Assembly (NCBI GenBank): GCA_017517925.1
Contig: JAFWXS010000047.1
Location: 2,864-66,863, forward strand
Reading direction: 5' to 3'
Length of the DNA: 64,000 nt
DNA from: Bacteroidaceae bacterium
GTDB lineage: Bacteria; Bacteroidota; Bacteroidia; Bacteroidales; Bacteroidaceae
The position numbers were made by a program, and so were the translations under genes. Shown here piece after piece: positions 1 through 9,084 of the stretch (position 1 is its first letter; every line of letters begins with the position of its first letter). The notes beneath the pieces were generated by a model. It saw only the letters and a list, made by a program, of their open reading frames with translations. It searched no databases and was not told the origin of the DNA.

Positions 1-807
1 TGGAGTTATATAGTTGTTATAGACAGCCAAAACAGACTCTGATGTAGCAAACTTCAATGTTTGGAATAGATGTTCTGAATTCTTAAATAGGACACCCTCT
101 ACCTCTAATGGGCAAGATGACATATTGGACAATATCCAATGTTCGTCGGTCATTTTGTGAAAGAACACTGATTGTTCAATTGGATAAACTTGGATACCCC
201 AGTATTCGGGGTAATATTTCTTTATGAACTCTGCAATGCGGGTTGAACTCTTCTTTTTCAATTTCCCTTTCTCATCAAGTTCTACTTCTTCTATCTTCTT
301 GATAGCAATAATACTATCATCCAATATAGCAACATTGATTTTACCATTGTCTGGGTTTGATTGTGAATGTGCCCAAACAAGATAAAGAACGCCTATTTCA
401 TATAAGAACTTTGACACCTTAATCTCACCCTCTGTGCTCAATGAACCTATCATTTTTTTGACTGTTCCTTTGTTGCCAAGAAGGAGATTGCCTACATATT
501 TCCTGAAATGTTTCCCTAAACTTTTCGCTTCATCAGGTATCTGCCCAATTTGCTCTTCCACCTTCTCAACGATAGAGTTGTGAGGAGGCTTGGCTGATAC
601 GATATGGTTGGTATCTGTCAGTTCGGGGATTTCAAGGGTATATACATACTTTGTTTCACCCTTGCACTTGCCAGCATAAAGTGCTGCTGTATCATAAACA
701 CTGCTGGCGTAGTGTCCTACACCAAACTTTGATTTCCCCTCGCCCTCTCCAAGATGGGCAAGGTCGAAGTGGTCAAACTTCTTGGTTGTTCCGTGATATA
801 CAATCAT
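1..807 (-). CDS. NADAR (YbiA/DUF1768-like) domain protein with an N-terminal HG[ST]-type ART-fold-like domain; the 3' end of the gene lies outside the window
   Basis: Missing from the ORF track because it has no stop inside the window. Hand translation of the minus strand from the ATG at 807-805 gives 269 uninterrupted codons (MIVYHGTTKKFDHFDLAHLGEGEGKSKFGVGHYASS...VFFHKMTDEHWILSNMSSCPLEVEGVLFKNSEHLFQTLKF...). The C-terminal part matches the NADAR signature seen in E. coli YbiA (F-Y..FSNF...P..VDG....SEHYFQAQKF). Confidence 0.75.
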   Translation of the reverse strand, partial: MIVYHGTTKKFDHFDLAHLGEGEGKSKFGVGHYASSVYDTAALYAGKCKGETKYVYTLEIPELTDTNHIVSAKPPHNSIVEKVEEQIGQIPDEAKSLGKHFRKYVGNLLLGNKGTVKKMIGSLSTEGEIKVSKFLYEIGVLYLVWAHSQSNPDNGKINVAILDDSIIAIKKIEEVELDEKGKLKKKSSTRIAEFIKKYYPEYWGIQVYPIEQSVFFHKMTDEHWILSNMSSCPLEVEGVLFKNSEHLFQTLKFATSESVLAVYNNYITP

Positions 808-811
808 ACTA

Positions 812-819
812 CAAAGATA
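812..819 (-). promoter_or_regulatory. Candidate Bacteroidetes -7 box (TATCTTTG = TAnnTTTG) 5 nt upstream of the ATG at 807, which implies a leaderless or near-leaderless mRNA
   Basis: The minus strand reads TTATCTTTGTAGTATG and matches TAnnTTTG exactly. Confidence 0.4.
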
Positions 820-960
820 ACAAAAAAGTGGGATAGTAATCTGCGAAATAATTATTATTTTTCCTCCACGATATGTGGTTATTTACCTAATTAAATATAT
901 AAGAAATGGTCACCACTTTGCAAAAGGTGACCAAAAGTGACCAAATTTGAGGTTTTGGCA

Positions 961-1006
961 AAAAGAAAAATCCTGCAAGTATTGAAAACCAATCACTTAC
1001 AGGATT
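961..1006 (-). terminator. Intrinsic terminator downstream of tRNA-Leu
   Basis: The minus strand reads AATCCTGTAAGT-(14 nt loop)-ACTTGCAGGATT followed by TTTTTCTTTT. The 12-bp stem has one mismatch. Confidence 0.6.
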
Positions 1007-1012
1007 TTGATG

Positions 1013-1094
1013 TACCCAGACCCGGGGTCGAACCGGGATGGGTTGCCCCACTGGTGTTTGAGACCAGCGCGTCTACCGATTCCGCCATCTGGGC
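1013..1094 (-). tRNA. tRNA-Leu (anticodon CAA)
   Basis: The reverse complement is GCCCAGATGGCGGAATCGGTAGACGCGCTGGTCTCAAACACCAGTGGGGCAACCCATCCCGGTTCGACCCCGGGTCTGGGTA. It has a 7-bp acceptor stem, the anticodon loop CTCAAAC, a long variable arm and a TTCGA T-loop. Confidence 0.93.
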
Positions 1095-1237
1095 GTCCTT
1101 TTACAGACGTTGCTTCTCAAAAGCGGTGCAAAGTTAACACCTTTTTCTGAATCTGCAAGCAGGGGACGGTGATTTTTTTCAAAAAAGCACGTTTGTTGCC
1201 TCTTTTTGTGGTAAAAATCGATATCCTATAGCAAGTT

Positions 1238-1333
1238 TGTCATCCTGAGCGAAGCGAAGGATCCCGCAAGGTGTTCAGGCGAGGCATATTGCCAAATCCT
1301 ATTACGAGATCCTTCACTACGTTCAGGATGACA
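1238..1333. repeat. REP-like imperfect palindrome (TGTCATCCTGAGCGAAGCGAAGGATC ... GATCCTTCACTACGTTCAGGATGACA)
   Basis: The 26-nt arms have 3 mismatches and are separated by 44 nt. Related arms recur at 30935-30985 and 31552-31668. Confidence 0.7.
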
Positions 1334-1356
1334 CTAAGAAGTCTTTTCTTCCCTCT

Positions 1357-2067
1357 TTAGTTGTGCACGTAGGTGCCGATATTCTCGCCCTCCATGACCT
1401 TCTTGAGGTTGCCCACGACATCCATGTTGAAGACGTAGATGGGGAGGTTGTTCTGCTTGCACATGGTGGTGGCGGTGAGGTCCATCACCTTGAGTCCGCG
1501 GGTGTAGATCTCGTCGTAGGTGATCTCGGTGAACTTGGTGGCGGTGGGGTCCTTTTCGGGGTCGGCGGTGTAGATGCCGTCGACGCGGGTGCCCTTGAGC
1601 ATCACATCGGCCTCAATTTCGATGCCGCGAAGCGACGAGCCGGTGTCGGTGGTGAAGTAGGGGTTGCCGGTCCCGCCGCTGAGGATGACCACCTCGCCGG
1701 CCTCCATGCAGTCGATGGCCTTCCACTTGGTGTAGAGCTCACCGATGGGCTCCATACGGATGGCGGTGAGCACGCGGGCCTTGACACCGATGGCGGTGAG
1801 TGCCGAGCTGAGTGCAAGGCTGTTGATGACGGTGGCGAGCATACCCATCTGGTCGCCCTTGACGCGGTCGAAGCCTTTGCCAGCGCCGGTGAGTCCGCGG
1901 AAGATGTTACCACCACCGATGACGATACCTATCTGTACGCCCATGTCATGGATTTCCTTAATCTGGGCTGCATATTCGCCCAGACGCTTCTCGTCGATAC
2001 CGTAGCGCTGCTCGCCCATGAGGCTCTCGCCACTGAGCTTGAGGAGGATTCTGTTGAATTTTGCCAT
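1357..2067 (-). CDS. pyrH: UMP kinase
   Basis: 236 aa. It begins MAKFNRILLKLSGESLMGEQ and continues with GIVIGGGNIFRG, which is typical of PyrH. Confidence 0.95.
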   Translation of the reverse strand: MAKFNRILLKLSGESLMGEQRYGIDEKRLGEYAAQIKEIHDMGVQIGIVIGGGNIFRGLTGAGKGFDRVKGDQMGMLATVINSLALSSALTAIGVKARVLTAIRMEPIGELYTKWKAIDCMEAGEVVILSGGTGNPYFTTDTGSSLRGIEIEADVMLKGTRVDGIYTADPEKDPTATKFTEITYDEIYTRGLKVMDLTATTMCKQNNLPIYVFNMDVVGNLKKVMEGENIGTYVHN

Positions 2068-2227
2068 GTTCTTTTTGAGTTTATTGGTTTATGAGTTGGT
2101 TCTCGTCTTTGTTTCAAAGGCAAAGCTACAGTTTTTTGCTCAAAGATGCAACGCGACTCTTATATTTCGTTAAAAAAACGGTCACTTTGTATCTACTGAC
2201 AGCGATAATGCGTATCTTTGCACCACT

Positions 2228-2443
2228 ATGAAGATATACAAGAAACCTCTGCTGATGTGTCTGGTACTCGTCCTCTATGTCACGGGTATGGCCATCTACT
2301 TCGTGCCGCGCAATCATGAAATGACCTCCACAGGGAAGGCGGTCACCGTGGTGCTGGCCTATGTGCTGGTATTGGCCCTGTGGATAGCCATGCAGTACCG
2401 CGAGAAGTTGCGGCACAAGCGCGGTGATAATGAGGGGAAATAG
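2228..2443 (+). CDS. Small two-TM membrane protein, hypothetical
   Basis: 71 aa with two hydrophobic segments. A TATCTTTG -7 box lies just upstream (around 2211-2218). Confidence 0.5.
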   Translation: MKIYKKPLLMCLVLVLYVTGMAIYFVPRNHEMTSTGKAVTVVLAYVLVLALWIAMQYREKLRHKRGDNEGK

Positions 2444-2568
2444 GCGGATTGTTCACGGGAAATCATTAAAAATACTCAAACGCATAGTTTTTTTTGGCTG
2501 ATTGCGTTCGAATGACTATTTTTGCAGACGAAAATGCAATAATATTCACTAACTAATAACGCAATTTT

Positions 2569-4224
2569 ATGTTTGAAGGACAACCGAAAGGACTTTATGC
2601 ATTGGCCTTAGCGAACACAGGTGAGCGCTTCGGCTACTACACGATGCTTGCAATCTTTACACTCTTCTTGCAAGCAAAGTTCGGTTTCTCAGCTGCTGAG
2701 GCCGGACAGTTTTATTCTATCTTCTTGGCAGGCGTATACTTCCTGCCCATGGTAGGTGGTATCCTCGCCGATAAGTTTGGCTATGGCAAAATGGTTACCA
2801 TCGGTATTTTCATTATGTTTCTCGGCTATGCTCTGTTGGCTATTCCCACCGGTGCCGATACTATGGGATTGACCTTGATGATTGGTGCTCTCGCACTGAT
2901 TGCTTTGGGTACGGGTCTGTTCAAAGGTAACCTTCAAGTGATGGTAGGTAACCTTTACGATGAGGCAAAGTATTCATCGCGTCGTGACTCAGGTTTCTCA
3001 CTCTTCTACATGGCTATTAATATCGGTGCAATGTTCGCACCTACTGCAGCTACTGCCGTTACCAACTGGATTCTTGGCAAGGCAAACTTTACTTACCATG
3101 CTCGTATTCCTGAGTTGGCGCATCAATTCTTGAATGGCGACATCAACCCTGAGAACCTCGCAGCCCTTGGTCGTTTGCAGGCTGAGCAAGGTTTTGTGGG
3201 TGATATGTCGACATTCTGCCACACTTATCTTGACCAATTGGCACAATCTTATCACTATGGTTTTGCTGTAGCTTGTATCTCACTCGTGGCCTCTATTGCT
3301 ATTTATTATGGTTTCCGTAGCACATTCAAGCATGCCGACTACAATGCCAAGACACAGCCCAAGACTGGCGATATGGCTGTTGAGGAGTTGACACCGAAGC
3401 AGACCAAAGACCGTCTCGTGGCTCTCGTGCTCGTGTACATCGTAGTGCTCTTCTTCTGGATGGCTTTCCACCAGAATGGTGTGACTCTGACTTTCTTTGC
3501 TCGTGATTACACGGCTCCCTTTGCTACAGGCTTCATGAGCCTCGGCATCAGCGTATGGAACCTTGCAGTAGCTGCCATTGCCGTATATGCACTCTTCGGC
3601 ATTTTCCAGAACAAGAACAAGATGGTTCCTTCTGTGATTGCAGTCGTATGCTTAGGCTTCCTCGTGTATCAGTACATTGGCCTGCCTGAATCTACCCCTA
3701 TCTTGCCGCAAATTTTCCAACAATTCAATCCCTTCTTTGTAGTAGCCCTTACGCCCGTTTCGATGGCCGTATTTGGTGCATTGGCCAAGAAAGGTAAGGA
3801 ACCTTCTGCTCCTCGCAAGATAGGTCTTGGTATGCTTATCGCCTCACTAGGCTTTGTTATTATGGCTGTAGCCTCTTTCGGTCAGCCTAATCCCACGGCC
3901 CTCAGTGCCGGTGCCGAAGCCAACCTCGTATCGCCTAACTGGCTTATCTCAACTTACCTTGTGCTTACTTTCGGTGAGTTGTTGCTCTCTCCAATGGGTA
4001 TCTCCTTTGTGACTAAGGTAGCTCCTCCCAAATATAAGGGCTTGATGATGGGTGGTTGGTTTGCTGCTACAGCTATCGGTAATTATCTTACTGCTATTGG
4101 CCCGACATTGTGGGATAGAGATATTCCTCTTTGGGTAGTATGGGCTGTATTTATTGCCGTATGCCTCATTTCGTTTGTCTTCATCTTCTCTATTATGAAG
4201 AAGCTTGAGGCTGTAGCGAAGTAA
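2569..4224 (+). CDS. POT/PTR2-family di/tripeptide:proton symporter
   Basis: 551 aa and polytopic. The GERFGYYTM and ADKFGY motifs are typical of the POT family. Confidence 0.9.
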   Translation: MFEGQPKGLYALALANTGERFGYYTMLAIFTLFLQAKFGFSAAEAGQFYSIFLAGVYFLPMVGGILADKFGYGKMVTIGIFIMFLGYALLAIPTGADTMGLTLMIGALALIALGTGLFKGNLQVMVGNLYDEAKYSSRRDSGFSLFYMAINIGAMFAPTAATAVTNWILGKANFTYHARIPELAHQFLNGDINPENLAALGRLQAEQGFVGDMSTFCHTYLDQLAQSYHYGFAVACISLVASIAIYYGFRSTFKHADYNAKTQPKTGDMAVEELTPKQTKDRLVALVLVYIVVLFFWMAFHQNGVTLTFFARDYTAPFATGFMSLGISVWNLAVAAIAVYALFGIFQNKNKMVPSVIAVVCLGFLVYQYIGLPESTPILPQIFQQFNPFFVVALTPVSMAVFGALAKKGKEPSAPRKIGLGMLIASLGFVIMAVASFGQPNPTALSAGAEANLVSPNWLISTYLVLTFGELLLSPMGISFVTKVAPPKYKGLMMGGWFAATAIGNYLTAIGPTLWDRDIPLWVVWAVFIAVCLISFVFIFSIMKKLEAVAK

Positions 4225-4248
4225 TACCGGCTGTCAGCAATATCATTC

Positions 4249-4281
4249 AGAGCCGCATCCATCAGGGTGCGGCTCTTTCTT
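4249..4281 (+). terminator. Intrinsic terminator after the POT transporter gene
   Basis: AGAGCCGCA-(10 nt)-TGCGGCTCT followed by TTCTT. Confidence 0.6.
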
Positions 4282-4365
4282 ATATAGTCTCTCCGTTAAA
4301 AAACAATAAATATCACTCCTCGGCATGTGAGGAGAATGGATTTATATGTACCTTTGAATCTGTAA

Positions 4366-5079
4366 ATGCCATCCTCCCCTATGGAATACACAATGTATAA
4401 CACGCTGCTGCAGCTTCCCCTGTTTCAGGGGATGAGCCGTATCGAGCTGTCCGAAATCATCGAGCGTACCAAGTTCCACTTCGTGAAGATAGAGGCAGGG
4501 GGCACCGTCTTCGCGCAGGGCGAGCCGTGCACCAAGCTGGCATACCTCCTCGGGGGCGAGCTGACGGCCGAGACCGTGGCACCCTACGGCACCTTCTCGT
4601 TCGTGGAGGTACACGACACGCCGATGATGATAGAGCCCTACTCCCTCTTCGGCCGCCGCCCCTGCTACAAGGCTACCTACACGGCGCAGGGCGAGGTATC
4701 GCTCCTCACCATCGACAAGCAATACCTGTATGGTGTGCTCGACTCGTACGAGGTATTCCGCATGAACTTCTTCAACCAGCTCAGCGCGAGGGCCGAGCAG
4801 CTGCACGAGCGCGTGTGGAGCATCACGCCCCAGCAGCTCGAAGGACGGCTCATACACTTCATCCACAGCCTGTGTACTACGCCGCGAGGCACCAAGATAC
4901 TATGTGTGAAGATGGAAGACCTCGCCCGATTGCTCGACGATACCCGCCTCAACGTCTCCCACATACTCAACCGTTGGCAAGCCGAGGGACTCATAGCGAT
5001 GAGGCGCAAGGAGTTCCTCTTTTACAAGGTCGAGTTCCTCTTCGATAGGGAATATAAAAGGCACTGTCCCGCGGGGTAG
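4366..5079 (+). CDS. Crp/Fnr-family transcriptional regulator (cNMP-binding domain plus C-terminal HTH)
   Basis: 237 aa. The N-terminal sequence LPLFQGMSRIELSEIIERTKFHFVKIEAGGTVFAQGEPC is typical of this family. Confidence 0.85.
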   Translation: MPSSPMEYTMYNTLLQLPLFQGMSRIELSEIIERTKFHFVKIEAGGTVFAQGEPCTKLAYLLGGELTAETVAPYGTFSFVEVHDTPMMIEPYSLFGRRPCYKATYTAQGEVSLLTIDKQYLYGVLDSYEVFRMNFFNQLSARAEQLHERVWSITPQQLEGRLIHFIHSLCTTPRGTKILCVKMEDLARLLDDTRLNVSHILNRWQAEGLIAMRRKEFLFYKVEFLFDREYKRHCPAG

Positions 5080-5105
5080 TGCCTTTTAGTTGGTTCAGCG
5101 TGAAA

Positions 5106-6443
<1,338 letters not shown>

Positions 6444-6622
6444 ATATTTTAGGAGTTAGGAGTATAGGAGTTGCCTTTGGCCCCAACGGGCGGCGAACTT
6501 CGTTTCCGACCGCGAAGATACGGCTATTTTGCGAATAAATTGCCAAAAACCATGTATTTAGAAGCTTTTAGACTCGAAAATATGCACAAAGTTACTTTTT
6601 TCGGAAAATTTCATGTTTTTTC

Positions 6623-6653
6623 TTTGTTATTAAGAAAAAAAGCCTCACCTTTG
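6623..6653 (+). promoter_or_regulatory. Candidate promoter (-33 TTTG, 19-nt spacer, -7 CACCTTTG) for a short orphan transcript
   Basis: TTTG lies at 6623-6626 and CACCTTTG at 6646-6653. The -7 box is imperfect (CA instead of TA). Confidence 0.3.
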
Positions 6654-6698
6654 CACGTAACATTAGATTTTTTCATAGTTAAGGTTTAGGTTAAAAAG

Positions 6699-6735
6699 GA
6701 AGAGAGGGGCTGTGAAGTTCCTCTTTTTTTATTTT
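6699..6735 (+). terminator. Orphan intrinsic terminator between the divergent miaB and dcp genes
   Basis: A stem pairing 6699-6710 with 6717-6728 (GAAGAGAGGGGC / GTTCCTCTTTTT, with G-U pairs) is followed by a T-run. Confidence 0.45.
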
Positions 6736-6802
6736 TGTATGGCTATATCGGGATTATGCCCAGCCTTGTCAAAATAAACCTTGTTTATTCAGTCGTTTTT
6801 TG

Positions 6803-6810
6803 TACCTTTG
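6803..6810 (+). promoter_or_regulatory. Candidate -7 box TACCTTTG for dcp
   Basis: Exact TAnnTTTG match 36 nt upstream of the ATG at 6846. Confidence 0.4.
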
Positions 6811-6845
6811 CAGTTTGAAAACATATAATCTTCAATATATAAGCA

Positions 6846-8963
6846 ATGAAATTAAAACAACCCAAGGTGACCCTCTGTGCATTGGCACTTGCAGGTGCAA
6901 CCCTAAACATGACCTCTTGTATGGACAACAACAAAAACCCCTTCTACAGCGAGTATGACACACCGCATCAGACGGTGCCGTTCGATAAGATAAAACTGGA
7001 GCACTACGAGCCCGCCATCATGGAGGGCATCAAGCAGCATGCTGCCGAGGTGGAGGCTATCATCAATAACCCCGATGAACCGACATTTGAGAATACCATT
7101 GTAGCCTTGGAGTATGCAGGTGACCTGCTCGATCGCGTATTGACCGTGTTCTTCACACTCAACAGCGCCGAGACATCGGATGAAATGCAGGCTCTGGCAC
7201 AGAAACTCTCTCCCGTACTCACCGAGCACTCTAACAACATCTCGCTCAATGAGAAGCTTTTTGCACGTGTCAAGGCTGTGTATGAGTCTACCGACATGAG
7301 CACTCTCACCACCGAGCAGCAGCGACTGTTGCAGAAGAACTACGATAGCTTTGCCCGCAGTGGTGCTAACCTTAACGATGAGGACAAGGCCAAGTATCGT
7401 GAGCTGACCACCGAACTGAGCCAGGCGACTCTGGCTTTCGGGCAGAACACGTTGAAGGCGACCAATAATTATGCACTGAATGTTACCGACTCGACCCGCT
7501 TGAAGGGACTTCCCGAATCGGTGCTCGAGGCTGCCGCACAGACCGCCAAGGAGAAGGGGCATGAGGGATGGACCTTCACTCTGCATGCGCCCAGTTACAG
7601 CCCCTTGATGATGTACTGCGAAGACCGCGACCTGCGCCACGAGCTCTACATGGCCTACAACACACAGTGTGTGCAGAGCAATGACTACAACAATGAGGAG
7701 CTGGTGAAGAAAATCGTCAACCTCCGCCTCGCCATCGCCCAGCTCCTGGGTTACGAGAGCCATGCCGACTATGTGCTTGAGAACCGCATGGCCGAGAACG
7801 CTGCCAACGTGAACAACCTGCTCGACGAACTGCTCGTAGCTTACCTCCCTGCAGCCAAGGAAGAGGTGAAGGCCGTGCAGGAGATGGCAGCCCGCACTGA
7901 GGGCAAAGACTTCGAGCTGATGCCTTGGGACTGGTCGTTCTACTCAGAAAAACTTCGTGTAGAGAAATATAGCCTCAACGACGAGATGGTGCGCCCCTAT
8001 TTCAAACTCGAGAATGTAACCGACGGTGTGTTCGGCCTCGCCACACGCCTCTATGGCATCACCTTCGTGGAGAACAAGGACATCCCCGTATACCACCCCG
8101 ACGTGAAAGCCTATGATGTGCTTGACAAGGATGGCTCGTACCTCGCTGTCATCTACACCGACTTCTTCCCCCGTGCCGGCAAGCGCTCGGGCGCATGGAT
8201 GACCAGTTTCAAGGAGCAGTACGTGAAGGATGGCGTAGACAGCCGACCCCACGTGACCATCACGATGAACTTCACCAAGCCTACAGAGAGTAAGCCTGCA
8301 CTGCTCACACAAGATGAGGTGGAAACCTTCCTTCACGAGTTCGGCCACGCCCTGCATGGCATCTTCTCTGCAACAACTTATCCCTCAATGGGTGGTACCA
8401 ATGTATACCGCGACTTCGTGGAGCTGCCCTCGCAACTGATGGAGAACTTCTTGCCCAAGAAGGAGTTCCTCGCCACCTTCGCCTACCATTATGAGACGGG
8501 CGAGCTCATCCCCGACGAGCTCATCGAACGTATCGTACGTGCACAGAACTACAATGCCGCTTACCTCTGTATCCGTCAGTTGAGCCTCGGCATCCTCGAT
8601 ATGGCATGGTACTCACGCACCACACCGTTCGAGGGCGATGTGCTGGCCTACGAGCAGGAGGCATGGAAGTCAACCCAATTGTTGCCCTCAGCCCAAGGCA
8701 CAAATATGACCACTCATTTCGGGCATATCATGTCGGGCGGCTACTCGGCAGGCTACTATAGCTACAAGTGGTCCGAGATGCTTGATGCCGATGCCTTCTC
8801 GCTCTTCGAGGAAAAGGGCATCTACAATGAGGAGGTAGCCACATCGTTCCGTGAGAACATCCTCGAGAAGGGCTGTTCGGAGCATCCGAAGGAGCTCTAC
8901 CGCCGCTTCCGCGGGCAGGATGCCACCATCGATGCGTTGATGAAGCGGGACGGGATCAAGTAA
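6846..8963 (+). CDS. dcp: M3-family peptidyl-dipeptidase (Dcp-like), lipoprotein/secreted
   Basis: 705 aa. It has the HEFGHALHG zinc motif, an M3 layout and a signal peptide with Cys. Confidence 0.9.
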   Translation: MKLKQPKVTLCALALAGATLNMTSCMDNNKNPFYSEYDTPHQTVPFDKIKLEHYEPAIMEGIKQHAAEVEAIINNPDEPTFENTIVALEYAGDLLDRVLTVFFTLNSAETSDEMQALAQKLSPVLTEHSNNISLNEKLFARVKAVYESTDMSTLTTEQQRLLQKNYDSFARSGANLNDEDKAKYRELTTELSQATLAFGQNTLKATNNYALNVTDSTRLKGLPESVLEAAAQTAKEKGHEGWTFTLHAPSYSPLMMYCEDRDLRHELYMAYNTQCVQSNDYNNEELVKKIVNLRLAIAQLLGYESHADYVLENRMAENAANVNNLLDELLVAYLPAAKEEVKAVQEMAARTEGKDFELMPWDWSFYSEKLRVEKYSLNDEMVRPYFKLENVTDGVFGLATRLYGITFVENKDIPVYHPDVKAYDVLDKDGSYLAVIYTDFFPRAGKRSGAWMTSFKEQYVKDGVDSRPHVTITMNFTKPTESKPALLTQDEVETFLHEFGHALHGIFSATTYPSMGGTNVYRDFVELPSQLMENFLPKKEFLATFAYHYETGELIPDELIERIVRAQNYNAAYLCIRQLSLGILDMAWYSRTTPFEGDVLAYEQEAWKSTQLLPSAQGTNMTTHFGHIMSGGYSAGYYSYKWSEMLDADAFSLFEEKGIYNEEVATSFRENILEKGCSEHPKELYRRFRGQDATIDALMKRDGIK

Positions 8964-9078
8964 TTTACAATTTGACAATTTACTATTTACTATTTACCAT
9001 TTGTTGATGCAAGAAGTAAATTGTCGAATAACCAAATTGTAAATCAATTGTAAATTGTAAATGATTAAATCGTAAATC
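8963..9078. repeat. Word-repeat palindrome built from ATTTAC/AATTGTAAAT-type units
   Basis: The left arm at 8963-8984 (atttacaatttgacaatttact) pairs with the right arm at 9015-9044 (agtaaattgtc..aaattgtaaat). Further tandem aattgtaaat words run to 9078. Confidence 0.65.
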
Positions 9079-9084
9079 AAAACG

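Noticed and set aside
651-1137. Plus-strand ORFs 651..836 and 937..1137
   Set aside because: The first is antisense to the long uninterrupted minus-strand ART/NADAR ORF. The second runs across the tRNA-Leu gene and its terminator.
1363-2094. 243-aa plus-strand ORF, with several shorter ones, overlapping pyrH
   Set aside because: It is antisense to a clearly recognisable UMP kinase. Its composition is Gly/Val/Asp/His-rich and low in complexity, typical of shadow ORFs in GC-rich coding DNA.
4527-5048. 173-aa plus-strand ORF overlapping the Crp/Fnr regulator in another frame
   Set aside because: It is an Arg/Pro/Ala-rich alternative-frame product of GC-rich coding DNA. The 4366..5079 frame has clear cNMP-binding and HTH features.
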